The notes: generated by a model from the sequence alone, not told the origin. A DNA stretch of 64,000 nucleotides from Rhynchobatus australiae (GCA_034780895.1 JAUZTB010000066.1:1094251-1158250); one strand, 5' to 3'. Positions 13,225 to 26,799 are shown, counted from the stretch's first letter. Translations and numbers: made by a program.

Positions 13225-15100
13225 ATATTGTACAGCAAAGAATCAGGCCCTTCAGCCGACCATGTCCATGATGACCTTTTTTGCTCACCATCGTGATCCC
13301 ATATGTCTGCAAAAGGTCTACATCCTTTTATGCTTTGTCTATTTAAATGTCTGTCTGAATGTTTCTTAAATGTAGTGATTTTATCTGACTCTATCACCTC
13401 CTCTGGCAGGAAGTTCCCAATATCAACCACTCGTTTTATGTGTAAAACAATTTTCCCCTCAAATCCTCTTTAAAATTTCTTTCTTTCACCTTAAACTTAT
13501 GCCCTCATTTTTAATACATCTACCATGGGAAAAAGCTTCTCACTATGTACCCTAGCTATACCTCTTATAATTTTATATACCTCTATCAGGTCAAACCTCA
13601 GCCCCTAATCTTCACAGAAAATAAGCCCAGCCTGTCCAATCTCTCCCCATGACTCAAGGCCTCCAATCCAGGCAACACTCTGGTGAATCTCCTCTTCACT
13701 CTCTTCAATGCAACCACATCCTTCCTATAGTGTGGTGACCAGAAATGTACACAATAATCCAAGTGCAGTCTAACCAGTACTGGGCTAGACAATATCTACT
13801 GCCCTGCCTTCATAATATTCTTGGTTACCTTCTCAAAAAAAACTCAATCAAATTCATCAGCCTGAGTTTCGCCCATATAACACCATGCTCACTAACCCTT
13901 ATCATCACCTGCCCCTCCAAATGTACATAAATCCTGTCCTTTAGGATTTTCTTCAATAATTTCCTTGCCATTGACACAGGGCTCACCAGTGTGTAGTAAT
14001 TTGGTTTATTCCCACTACACTCCTTAAACAAAGAAACAACTTTAGCTATCTTCTAGCCTGGCACCTCAACTGTGGCTAATGAAGATGTAAAAAAATCTAC
14101 GTCAGGGCTCCAGCTATCTCCTCTTTTGTTTCGCATAGCAACCTGGGGCAGACCTCATCTGCCCCTGGGGATTATCAACATTTATATGTCCCATGACACC
14201 TAACACTTCCTTAATAATGTCGTGCTCCAGATTATCCATGTACCCCTCCCTGAGTTTTATCTTCCACATCCTTCTCTTTGGTGAAGACACATGAGAAGTA
14301 TTCATTTAGGATCTCGCCCACATCCCTGGTTCCACACAGAGATTACCCCTTTGGTCCCTAAGGGGACCCACTCTTTCCCTGACTACCCTCTTGGTACTGA
14401 TATACTTATAGAATGTCTTGGGATTCTCCTTAACCTTACTTGCTGAGGATATTTTATGGTCCCTTATTGCCCACAATTTGTTTCTTAAGTTCCCTCCTAA
14501 ACACTGTACATTACTCAAGAAACTCCCTCAATTCCAGTTGCCAATACCTGCTATATGGACATAGAACAGTACAGCACAGACAGGCCCTTCAGGCCATGAT
14601 GTTGTATGGACCTATGTAAGCCTACTCCACAATCAATCTAACCCTTCCCTCCTACACAGCAGAAAACCCTCCACTTTTCTTACATCCATGCACCTATCTG
14701 AGAGTCCCTTAAATGTCCCTATTGTATCAGCCTCCACCACCACCCCTGGCAGTGCGTTCCACGCACCCACCACCCTCTGTGTAAAAACCTACCTCTGACA
14801 TCTCCCCTAAAATTTCCTCCGCTCACCTTAAGTGGATGGCCTCTGGTATTGTCCATTGGCGCCCTGGTAAAAATGTTTCCTTTCTTTTCCTGATCAAATC
14901 TTCAATATCTGTTTTTATCCAAGGTTCCCTGATCTTGCCATCTTTATATTTCACCCTTACCTGAACACATTACCAACTTTATTTTAAAAGACTTCCACGT
15001 CAGCTGTTTTACCCTCAAGCATCTGCTCCCAATCTATCTTCACCAGGTCCTCTCTCACACTATTAAAATCAGCCTTTTACCAATTCAAGTTCCTAACTTG
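13225..15100 (-). mobile_element. Long, internally deleted CR1 LINE with a nested CR1 tail (about 14555-14875)
   Basis: ORFs 13598-13792 (LVRLHLDYCVHFWSPHYRKDV), 13825-14031 (NYYTLVSPVS...HLEGQ) and 14306-14518 (KVKENPKTFYKYISTKRVVRERVGPLRDQRG). Confidence 0.9.
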
Positions 15101-16104
15101 GGGACCAACCCACCCTCCACACAGCTTAACCCCATGGCCCGCCTGGTTCTCTCCTGTCAGAGTCATCGTCCCCACGCCCCAACCCTGCAGCTCACAAGCT
15201 TCTTTTATTGCCTTCTTGGTTCTGACACAGAGTCTTCAACTTGAAATGTTAACTGTTTTTCTTCCCACAGATGTGGGCTGATTGTTGAATCTTTTCAGTA
15301 TTTTCTGTTTTTATTTACTGAGACAAACCTTATTCCTTGAACCTAACTGAATATCTGCCACAATTCCCAAAGCGTTGTCCCACTGACACAGGCCAGTTTC
15401 ATTTCCTAAGTTCTTGCACCGGGGAGATGTCTGTGTTGTATCTGCGGTGATACCTTACCATGTCAGAATGTTAATTCAATGTTGCACAATCTGGCAGCAG
15501 CTAAGAATGGAATGTGCTGCTCATTTTCAGGGAGAGCCAGATTGCAGAAGACACTTCAAACAATTCTCCTAAAAATAAACTGAATTTAAAAACAGAAACA
15601 ATACCAACCATCTAGCCTCTGATGAATGAATGTGGGGGGAAAAAGCAGCACAAGCTGTGGAAAGAGCAGGGGTGGTGTTTCCTGAGTTTCCCACAGGGTA
15701 GTATGAAGTAATGCAGCTCACAGACCATTTGTATTTTTGAGTGCTTAACACCTCGACTCAGAGGAGAAGATACTCACAGAATCATCCTTCCTGTGAGCAC
15801 ATGAACTAACACAAAGTTCAAACATAAATATTTCCAAATGAAATAAATAGATATCTTCACAATTTTCCTTTTAACTTGGCATGTGTTTCCTGTTTGACAC
15901 TGGGTACAGCCTTGTGGGAAAGCAAATCTGAGACCTTTCGCCAAGTGATTNNNNNNNNNNNNNNNNNNNNNNNNNNNNNNNNNNNNNNNNNNNNNNNNNN
16001 NNNNNNNNNNNNNNNNNNNNNNNNNNNNNNNNNNNNNNNNNNNNNNNNNNNNNNNNNNNNNNNNNNNNNNNNNNNNNNNNNNNNNNNNNNNNNNNNNNNN
16101 NNAA

Positions 16105-16738
16105 ATGAAAAGAAAAATAAGTCTGCTCCCCATCATCAGCAAAATGATGAAAGTTGTCATTTACATGCAGCACTTCCTCACCAATAACCTGCTCATGATG
16201 CCCAGTCTGGGTTTCACCAGGATCACCCATCTCCAGACCTCATCACCACCTGGGTCCAAACATGGATCAAAGAGCTGAACTCCAGAAGTGAGTGTAATTG
16301 GCATTGACATCAAGCCAAAGTCTGACTGAATGCAGCATCAAGGTGCCCTGGTAAAAGTCCTTGGACATCAAAATATTCCAGTGACTGGAGTTGTATCTCA
16401 CACAAAGGAAAGCAGTTGTGGTTGTGTCCCTCTCTCGGACATCACTGAAGGAGTTCCTCAGCCGGTATCCTCGACTCAACCATCGTCACCTGCTTCATTA
16501 ATGGCCTTCCTTCCATCGTAATGTCAGAAGGGTGGTTGTTCACAGATGATTGCACCATGTTCAATTCCATTCAAAACTCCTCAGCAAATGAAGCAGTCCA
16601 TGCCTTCACGGAGCAAGACTGAGACAATATTCAGGCATGGCTGGTAAGAGGCAAGTAACATATGTGGTCCACAAGTGCCAGGCAATGACCATCTCCAACA
16701 ACAGACAGTCTACCCACCTACCTTTGACATTCAATGGC
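16105..16738 (+). mobile_element. CR1/L2-group LINE RT fragment (second, older family)
   Basis: ggagttcctcag (GVPQ), ttcattaatggccttcc, ttcacagatgattgcac (FxDDC), and WQVT...HKCQAMTISN-like sequence. Confidence 0.8.
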
Positions 16739-17939
16739 NNNNNNNNNNNNNNNNNNNNNNNNNNNNNNNNNNNNNNNNNNNNNNNNNNNNNNNNNNNNNN
16801 NNNNNNNNNNNNNNNNNNNNNNNNNNNNNNNNNNNNNNCAGTGTTGCAGTTACAGGATATGTTCTTTGTAAGGTGTTTGCCGTAGACTGAACATCACAGT
16901 GAGCTTTCTGGCTTTACTATAAACACATAGGAGACTTAGTGAAGATTGAACATTCTGAATTAATTTCATTGCTATTCTAATTTTATGCACACATATAATT
17001 GGGCAGCACAAAGCTGTGAGATATTCACCGTGCATTGACTAGTGATTGAACAGGTTTGGATTACAATGTTTATTTGTCCCATTGATTTACCCAGTGCTGG
17101 AAACATTAGCCTAGAATTTGCTGGAACAGTGTCCTGCAGCAGACCTGTAGTTAGACTGATCCCATCACAGTCATTAACATCTCAGGTTCTGAATAATATA
17201 GTACAGAATTACTGCTTTTATTTATACTTTTGCTATTAAGGATATAGTTGCTTGCAGTGCCCTTCTTATGTGGTCTAACTAGATGAAAGCTTGCAGTCTA
17301 CTGCAGATATATGTGGTCTGAATTAAAGAGGGTTGATGGTTCCCGAATATTTAGATCTGAATCATAAGCTTTCCTTCAAAGCTGGATCCTCGCATTTAAT
17401 CCACAAAACCAGAGAGAGGTGATTGCTTGAAATGGATTGTTCCCCTACAGGTGCCCATAAAAATGTATCACAAATGATTAAAAGTCATCTAACAATGTGA
17501 TATAGTAAGTCAGCGCTTCACTGACTGTTATTACAGCTGGGGCCTCTTTCAGTTTAGAATGTAGACAAGCTCCCTTTAAAAGGGCATATATCATTTAACA
17601 AATGATAAATAAAAAAGCCCATTTCAGACCTGTTAAAATATTCAGCCGTGAAAAGACAAAAATTGTTTTTATTTCTTAAAATATTTTGCTTCTGAAATTA
17701 TGACAGAATAAATAAAACAGTCTGCAAAATCTAAAGTAGAACAGGAATAATAAATGCTGGTTTGAAAAGTGATCTGAATAAGAATCACGCTCAAAGTCTT
17801 TCTTCCCCAAGTATGGGATGTTTTGTTGATTTTATTTCTGAACTGCACCAAAGTTCAGAGCTCTGATATTGTGAATTTAATCCACAGAGACTAACAATAA
17901 ACAAGTTAATTAAATAATTTTGGCTGCCCTTAGGGCAAC

Positions 17940-19280
17940 TTTTATAACCTCTTGGCCCGGTGCATCCCTCATTCTACCATTACTATCAAGCCAGAGGATC
18001 AGTCCTGGTTCAATTAGTATTTCAGAAGGGAGCTATTCCAGGCATGCCAAGAAATGATCAGGTGCTCGCCAGGGATATGGCAATACAGGACGACATGCAT
18101 GCTAAACGGGAAAAGCTGCATGCATTAGACAGAGCTAAAACAAAAATCACACAACCAATAGACCAGATTGAAACTCGGTAGTCCTTCTACACCTAGTCAT
18201 CAATGGTAGTGGATGACAAAACAGCTAACAGGATAAGGAGGCTCCAAGAACATCCCCATCTTCAATGATAGAGAGGCCCAACATGTGAGTGCTAAAGGAA
18301 GTATCCTGGCTACTCAGTCAGGAGGGCTGAATAGATAATTTGCCTCCTCTTCCTATTGAGATCCCACCATCATTAGATGCCTTCAATAACCTTTCTTCCA
18401 TTTGAATGCTCACTGATGACGGCACAATACTCAGTTCTGTTCATGACTCCTCAGTAAGTGAAGCAGTCCGTGCCTGCGTGCAGCCAGACATAGACAACAT
18501 TCAAGCATGGGTTGATAAATGACAGGTAACATTTGTCACAAAAGTGCCAGGCAATCTCCATCTTCAACAAAGGAGAGTCATAACCACCTACTCTTGACAT
18601 TTCAATGGCATTACAATTGCTGAGTCCACCACTATCAATATCCTGGGTGTGACCACTGACCAGAAACTCTACTGGATGAACCGCAATTACCATGGCAACA
18701 AGAGCAGGTCAGAGGCTGGGGATCCTGCAACAAGTGACTCATCCACCGACACCCCAAGGCCTTTCCACCATCTACAGGGCACATTTGGAGTATGATGGAA
18801 TACTTACCTGGATGACCAGAGCCCATATCTTCCAAGAAGTTCAACGCCATGCAGCACAAAGCAGTCCACTTGATTCACAACCCAGCTTCCATCCTAAATA
18901 TTTATTTCCTTTTCCACTGGTGTACAGTGGTTGCAGCATGTACCATTTACAACATGCACTGCAGTTACTCACCAGGCTACTCAGACAGTACTTCCCAAAT
19001 CCACAAATTCTACCACCAAGATGGATAAGGACAGCAACCACATAGGAACACCACCAGCTGCAGATTTCCTTCCAAGTCCTACACTATCCTGACACGGAAG
19101 TACATCACTGGTTATTCTTTCTCACTGGGTCTAAACCCTGAAACTCCCTCCCTAACAGCACTGTGAGAGCACTTTCACCAGAGGGACTGCAACAGTTCAA
19201 GGGGGAAGCTCACCCCCACCTTCTGAAGGACAATTAATGCCGAACTTAACAGTGATGTCCAGATCCCGAAAATGAAGAAC
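17940..19280 (+). mobile_element. CR1/L2-group LINE remnant (same family as 16105-16738)
   Basis: ORF 18692-19045 MATRAGQRLGILQQVTHPPTPQGLSTIYRA, and a 3' end tggaactccctccctaacagcactgtg-like motif. Related pieces lie at about 9970-10190, 38290-38570 (-), 45950-46300 and 48400-49460 (-). Confidence 0.8.
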
Positions 19281-20789
19281 AAAAATGTGCCACTTGTTTG
19301 CCCGTTTTGCCAGCCCGTGTACTCCACAGCCCTCAATCTCTACTACCTCTCCCCAGATCTTATCCCCCCCAATCCCAAGTTCTACGTAACCCTCTGACAA
19401 AACATGGGAGTGAGATCTATACATTTTAGCAGATCAAGGAGAGATATGTCACAGTTCTAAAGGGTGTGAAAGTACAGAGGAACCGGGGTATATGAAGTCA
19501 AGAGGCATTGGGGTAGACTTGTTAATAAGAATTGTGTTTCTCATTCCCTTTATCACTCCCAAATTCTGCCTGTTTTCACGATGGAACACAGAAAGAGAAA
19601 AGCTCTGAATCAGGTGTGCAGATTAACCTAACAATGGCAGCAACATCAGTAGACAGTAACTTGGCCTAACTTAAAAAAGAATTGTTACATTTTAAAAACC
19701 ATCTGCTTCTCCAAAGGAACAGAGTTTGCAACTGCAAAGAAAAATAATATTCATCTTCCCTCGAACCTGAATTGGAAAACAATGAACTCCAGCTCATTCA
19801 CAAGCATCTGTCCAATTAGTATTTACTGCACTAATAAATCCCTGCCGCAGATTAATCGCCTCTACTTTCTCTGCTGAATATTTGCATTATAGGTTAATCT
19901 CCTTACAGTCATATTTCAGCAAATGGCAGACAGGGTACATGTACGAAACCCAGCAGATGAAGCACAGACTTAGCAGCAGCGAGCACACCAGTGAATGGAA
20001 AATGTGACTCAGTGCACAATATATATTTCAAACACTTCGAAGCCTGGGAACTTCTCAGACACAGCACTTGGTTAGATTGGGACATGTGTATGCTTATAAG
20101 ATTCTTCCTAAGTCAGGCTGAGCCAAGAAGCAGCATCTTCCAAGGGCCTGCCTGTTGAGCAGTAATACTTAAAAAGCAAAGGATAATAAAGCTGTACTTT
20201 CTACACTCTAATCACTCAGCTTCTCTCTGTACAGCAGAAACTACATGAGAATAACCTTGTGGCAGAGATGGCTGGAGTCTAAGTCAGCCTGTGTCACATA
20301 TGTTGGACTCCTCTTCATTCACATGATATGACATGGCTAAATGCTGGAACTCAATTATTCATCAGTTACTTTATTGACAGGCATTTGTCCAAACGCTGAA
20401 TCACCAAACCCCAGTGAAGAAAGAACTCGCATTTCTATGGCACCCAAGTGAGAGCCCAGGGCACCTTAAAGTACATCAAAACCAGTGAATCACTTTAGAA
20501 CTCTAATCTTTGCTTTTACTACCTCAATGCATTCTGTACTAACTCAATGTATCTGCACTGTGTAATGAATTGACCTGTACGAAGGGTATGCAACACAAGT
20601 TTTTCACTGTATCTCAGTACAAGTGACAATAATAAACCAATACCAATATTAAGAAAACATGATTTACTCCAAAAGAAATGAGGTGAATTACCAGTTACAG
20701 TCGGTGGCCATGCTGGTTAAAGGCTGAAAGTTGCCTTGGCGTGGAAAGAACTCCATTCTTAAATGCAATTTTTAATTAGGCAGGTTTGT

Positions 20790-21210
20790 TTTATGAGAAA
20801 GGCTTGGACATGCTTTCATCTGCTGGAGTCCAGGAGACTTAGATGGGTCGATTGAAGCTTATATGATCCTAAGCAGTCTTGATGGAGTTAATCTGGAGAG
20901 GATGTTTCTTCTACTGAGAGAATCTAGAAACTAGGAGTCACAGTTTGTAAATATGGGTGACCCATTTAAAACAGAAAGGAGGTAAATTTTTTTCCTCAGC
21001 AGGTCAAAAATCTTTGGAACACCCTAAAAAGGACAGTGGAAAGAGTCTTCATATTTTTAAGGCAGAGGTCGGTAGTCTTTAATAAGCAAGTGGGTAAGGC
21101 AGGTGGGAGTGCAGGGATGAAGTTACCGCCAAATCAGCCTTGATTTCACCAAACAGTGGAGCAGGCCCAAGGTACTCCTGCTCCTAGCCTGAACCTATGT
21201 TTCTCTGAAG
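20790..21210 (+). mobile_element. Degenerate CR1 3' fragment
   Basis: ggagaggatgtttctt...gaatctagaaactagg...atctttggaac...ggagcaggcccaagg...actcctgctcct. Confidence 0.6.
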
Positions 21211-23509
21211 TACAATGTTCAAGCCGTGATGCCAGCACACAAGAACTCAGAGGATGAAAGCATCAATAACAACTGGGAAACCAAAGGCCATCTGAGGATG
21301 TAACTACCACATTTAGTGGAAAATGCATCAGTGGAGGCAGTGACAATTAATTCAAGTGGGAGCTGGGTGAGTTTTGTTTTGCAACTTAGTGGTTCAAGGC
21401 CATGAGGGATTGGGCAATAGGCTCGGACTGACAACCAGAGGGTAATATTGCCCTGTGGGTTAACTGGAGGTGGAGCAGAGGACCTCGGATTATGGGGCCT
21501 GTATATCATTACACCCCAGGTAACTGGCAATTGGTTTATTATTGTCACATGTACTGAGATACAATGGAAAACTTTTGTTTGCAGGCAGATCATTCCATAA
21601 GTACATCAAGGTAGTACAACAGGAAAAAAAATGTAGAATATAGTGTCAGAGTTACAAAGTCCAGTGCAGATAGACAACTAAAGTGCAAGGGCCATGACGA
21701 GGTGGAATGAGGGATCAAGAGTTCATCTTTATTGCATAAGAGGTCTGTTCAAGAACCTTACAACAGAGGTATGCTCTATGTCAATCAAAGCACTTGTTCC
21801 CAGGGTCCCTGCTCAGTAACAATGACACACACCCGCTCCTATCCTTCCAACCACACAAGTGCAGACCATGAGATGGCTGCACCTATCAACACAACAGACA
21901 ATGGACTTTTTGTTCAGCCCCATCAGATCTGTTAGAACTGGACCATTCTCAGTGATCACCAGGGTCATAGCAAGGGGGCAGATACAGCTCCTGGTTCTTT
22001 GAGTGTGGTGAAATCTATAACCTAGCTGATAAGTGTGTGGATCCAGAAGAGTCAAAATTGTCTACTCCTGTTTCCTGCTGAAGTCCTGACAGCCGCTGAA
22101 TATCTTTCACACTGGAATTTCTGTGGCAGAAAACTGATTTTTTTTGACTGAGGTGTTGAAATCACAGGTTTGAAGTGCCTGTTCCACGTCCCTCACCTCA
22201 AAACAGCGTGCCTGGGTTTTGCCTGAAGAAGTTCCCAGTGGGATGGCAAGTACCTGAACCAACTTCAAAGGCGAAGCAGCAACTTGACGTTGCTTTTGGA
22301 CCATTAGCTCCCTCTTCCTGGCAGTCCTACTGTGGGAACTGGAAAGGACGCAGAATGTCATTCACAAAACTAAACAGGCCCTTGTAAATCCTACTGAACA
22401 CATAGTAAAAATGGAGCTCCGTGCAATTTCACTGGCTCATACCCTCTTCCATACTACTGCAGCCTTATAATGAGGCCATGCAGTGCAGACGTTTAACCCC
22501 TTGAGTGCTAGACACTTGTACTGCTTCAAGAATACTCCATACACATTTATCTCCAATAATGTGGACCACTAGAGTGGCCTCTATTTGAAACATCACCAGG
22601 ATCTGCAGTGATACACATGACAAGAGGAAGACAGAACATTTGCCCAAGATGACTGCAGTGGTCAGTGTTGTCTAGATAAACTCAGCAATGAATAATCTGC
22701 CCTCGCAGAATCCATTGAGTACAGATAGAATTCGAGTGGGCAGGCGGGTGAGTCCGGGACAGTGAGAGCAGCGGTGCCAAAGTGGGGGTGGAAGGAAGGA
22801 ATCATCAAGGGGGATAACACTGTGCAACAGTGCCAGGAAGCGGACGTCAGGCAAGGACAGGGTCACACTTGCCTGTGACGGAGAAGGGGTAAGTTACCGG
22901 AGGACAGCCAATGGCACATCCCAGCATAAACAAACAGTTTCAGGAAGCGGCTGGGGGCGAGAGCCTCTCTATTCTACATCAGAGGCAGAAAGCTTTGCTG
23001 GAATCTTCAATAGTTTAAAAAAATGCTCTGGAAATGTCCATTGTGTGGAGACAGGATACTGGGTAGCCTTGCTGTGAGACGTGATATTTCCACTGTTTGG
23101 GCAGACCAAAAAAAACCTCAGCCGCATGGCACGTCAATAACGGAAACTTAACACAACAAAAAATCATCTTAAACAAAATCCCTACAGTCGCGTCAGGATC
23201 AAACGCTGTCTGTGGAGGAGGATGGGTTGTTATATTTGTGACACCTGGGAACTTGTTCTGCCACCAAACTGAGAAGGGCAAGGATCCTCCTATGTGCCAA
23301 GGCACAACATGCCTCAGTTATAATGCACAGTGATAGGCAGTACTGAAGTCACGAGATTGTCAAACCTGAAGGGGAACACACAGCAAAGCGGCACCATTAT
23401 AGACATTCTGCAACCCAAGAAGATTCCACTCAAAAGATTAAGGTCTGCGCTTCAAAAATAATCAGCTGATTCTGGGCAGAAAGAACCCTTTAAAGAGGAG
23501 TAGAATAGA

Positions 23510-23740
23510 TGTCAAAGTCAAGTTCATTGTCACATGCACAAGTCCTGTGTGTGCACAGGTGCAGTGAAAAACTTACTTGCAGCAGCAGCATCACAGGCAC
23601 ATAGCATCAGATACACAACGCTCACAAGGAAACCATAAATTAAGCATAAATTATATACAATTTTTACAAGAAATAACACAATTAGAGCAAAAAAGAATGA
23701 AGTCCATTGTAGTGCAGAGTGGTCAGTGTTTCTGACAGTG
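23510..23740 (-). mobile_element. LINE/SINE 3' tail fragment (Rex1-like tail)
   Basis: caaagtcaagttcattgtcacatgcacaag...cagtgaaaaacttacttgcagcagcagcatcacaggc is the reverse of a tttttcactg...gacaat-type tail. Confidence 0.5.
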
Positions 23741-23769
23741 TAATTAAGGAAGAATAGTACAACCTGTTG

Positions 23770-25200
23770 ACTGGGATAAACACTGCAAAGAAGCAAAGGG
23801 ATTAGCATCTTTACAAATGGGTAAATTGTCAGACTGGCTGAAAGATATTCCAGACTGTTGAAAGTAAGGCGGAAATTGCAGGAGCTCTGACCATTTTTCA
23901 ATCCTTCCTNNNNNNNNNNAGGATTGGTGCCAAAGGATTGGAGCACCTCCAATATTGTGCTGTTGTTTAAAGCAACTAATTACAGACCACCGAAAAGCAA
24001 AACACTGCAGATGCTGGAAACCTGAAATAAAACCAGAAAATGCTGGGAATACTCAGCAGCTGTGGAGAGAGAAGAGTTAACATTTAAGGCTGATGACCCT
24101 TCATGAGAACTTATTCTGCAATTTTAGTTCTGTTTCTGTCTCCACAAATGCTGCCTGACCTGTTGGGTATTTGCAGTATTTCCTTTAATTACAGGCCGGT
24201 TGGTTTAATATTAGAGGTAGCCAAATTATTGGAATCAATTTTAAGGGAAGTATAAACCTAAGACTAGAAAGATGCAGAATGATCAAGAACAGTCAGTATT
24301 GAATTGTTAAGGGAAGGCCATGCCTTACTTGCAGTAGAATTTTGCAGGGAGAATCAATGAGGGTAGTGTGTTTGAGGCCATGTACAAGGGTCTTTGGAAG
24401 GCATTTGACAAGGCTGCAAATAGCAGACTGGTCAAAAATGTAAAATCTACAGGATCCAGGGACAGCGACAGACTGGATCCAAAACTGGCCCAGTAGTAGG
24501 AAGCGAGTGATAATGGTTGGAAGATATTTATGTAACTGAAAGGTTGTTATCAGTGGAGTTCCACAGAGCTCAACACATGGTCCCTTGCTTTTTGCAATTT
24601 ATATTAATGATTTCAACTTAAATGTAAGGGCGCAATAATGAAGTTTGCAGATTATGCAAAGATGATTTGTGTGATTGACAGTGAGGAGGGTAGATTGCAG
24701 TAAAAGAAACTGGTGATGTGATCAGTTAGACAGAGAGGCAGCAGAGAGAACTTAATGCAGTGACGCCTTTGGAGTGGTACAACAAGGAAATAATGGTTGG
24801 ATACCGAGAATTCTGAAGGAATGAAGGACCTTGCAATATGTGCTCACAGATCCTTAAAGGTAGCAGGACAGATCAATAAGGTGATCAAAGGCACAGGAAA
24901 TGTTTCCCTTTAGCAGCTGAGGCTAAGAATGTAAGAGCGGGGAGGTAATGCTAGTAGTTCTGGTCACCATTTTAGAGCAAAGGCATGGTTGCAGTGGGGA
25001 GAGATCACAGGAAGTTTTATAAGCAAGTTGCCTGGACTGAAGAACTTTATCTGTGTGGAAAAATTAGATAGAATGGATTGTCTTTTTCAGGACAGAAGAG
25101 CCAAGAGAAGTAACTCAGACATATAAAATCATGAGGGGCCTACACAGAGTAAAACAAAAGGAAGGACGTTAAAGTGAATGACATGAAGGAGAGGATTCAG
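23770..25200 (+). mobile_element. Degenerate CR1 reverse-transcriptase region
   Basis: NYRP (aattacagacc), KAFDK (aaggcatttgacaag), SGVPQ (agtggagttccacag), YIND and KFAD motifs occur in order, with stops and frameshifts. Confidence 0.85.
23989..24185. mobile_element. Small fold-back Penelope-terminus element inserted in the CR1
   Basis: Two inverted halves of the Penelope-like terminus, flanked by the near-direct repeats taattacagacc (23977-23988) and taattacaggcc (24186-24197). Confidence 0.7.
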
Positions 25201-25299
25201 ATATGGTAACTAAGTCATTCCAATCCCTTCAGGGATTAGGACAAAGCTGTCCTTAGTATATGCAGGAAATGGGGAGATAGACCAGTTTACAGTGCAGTA

Positions 25300-25605
25300 A
25301 ACCTTTCCCCCCCAGAGGTAGATAACACTAGAGGATATAGATTTAGGGTAAGGGAGAAGAGATTCAGAGGGGATCTGAGAGGTACCTTTTTCATCCCAAG
25401 AGTGGCAAGGACCTGGAATGCACAGCCTAAGGGAGTGGTGGAAGCAGAGCTGATGACAGCATTTAAGAAATGTCTTGACAAGCACTTGAATCACCTTGAC
25501 ATAGAAGGCTACGGGCCAAGTGCTGGAAGATGGGATTACTATGGATGGTGCCCATTGGTCGGTGTGGGCCGAACGGCCTGTTCCATACTGTATGACCCTA
25601 TGACA
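25300..25605 (+). mobile_element. CR1 3' tail
   Basis: Translates to TWNAQPKGVVEAELMTAFKKCLDKHLN and ends gggccgaacggcctgttccatactgtatgaccctatga. Confidence 0.85.
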
Positions 25606-26799
25606 CCATTGTGCTTGACACCACAGTAACAAGCAAGTGCACTGCTTCAGACAAGTGTTTAAACTGAGACTCCAAGTGCCTGTTACAGACGTGCAGGTGG
25701 ATGTTAAAGTCTCTGTGACTCTTTGAAGAGGGTCAAGGAATTTTTCCCAAAGTCCAAACCAACATTCCATCCTCTCACCAAATACCAATTAACTGGACAT
25801 TATCTAGCTGCAATTTGTGTGAACAGAGGGCTGAGTTTGTCCCTGTAACAGTAAGTGCCTTTCACTGCACACTCTTGTTGCACAGAGTCTACAGTGCTTA
25901 ACATAGTAAAACAGGCTAATATGAATGCAGTACATGAATGGTCGTGTTAAGAACCTGGAGGCACCATCTTCAAGAGAGGGGAGAGAAAATTGCACTGAAT
26001 TAAAGCCCCAGTTTGGGGGAGAGAGCACACCCAGTGGAGGCGAGGCTCAGGATCAAAGCTAATTCCTTCCAGAGTACATCACTCACTGTACCATCAAGGA
26101 AATTCTCAAGCTTTGAACTAACTGATAGACATTGGGAGCTCAGGAGAGCCCAGTGTCATTTACATCCTTGTAATTGTACAACTGCAGATTTAACCAGAAT
26201 GCTGAATCTGATGGCTTAGGTTCTAATTAACTACATATTCAACTGTGCAGCATAGGTGGTAGTAGCAGAGGTCTCTGGAGCATGCTGCACCTTCACATCT
26301 ACAACTGTGTGAAAGTGCAGCATCTATCTGTACAGGCAGCTTCCACATCTCCGGTACACCAGGAAATTCTGCACAGCTTTCTTCCACTACTGAAAGCTGT
26401 GTGAGCCAGAGCGCCCTCAAGGCAAAAGAAAACATAGAAATGGAAACAGAATAATAAAAGATCATGTGACACCCATGTAGCCACTACAACAGACAGAAAT
26501 TTGTCCAACAGTTCCATGGCCCAATGTAGCAACCACCAGGAGCTGGTGTGGTCCCAACATGCCTGGTTACTGTCCAATGTTTAAACTGTAACAGCCTGAT
26601 GTAACTCTCGTTGTTCTGCTTTCATATTTACCAGATCTGTTTAAAATCAGGCCAAACTTCTGGTGCTGCTGTTGACACCCATGTACAGTTTCTGAAGCCG
26701 CTCGCTCCCTACATGGAACATGTGTGATGAAGAAACACCTGCATGCAATTGCTTTGTCAGTTGCTCTTGGAAGTCTTCCTTCACATTGCTTTCAACAAA

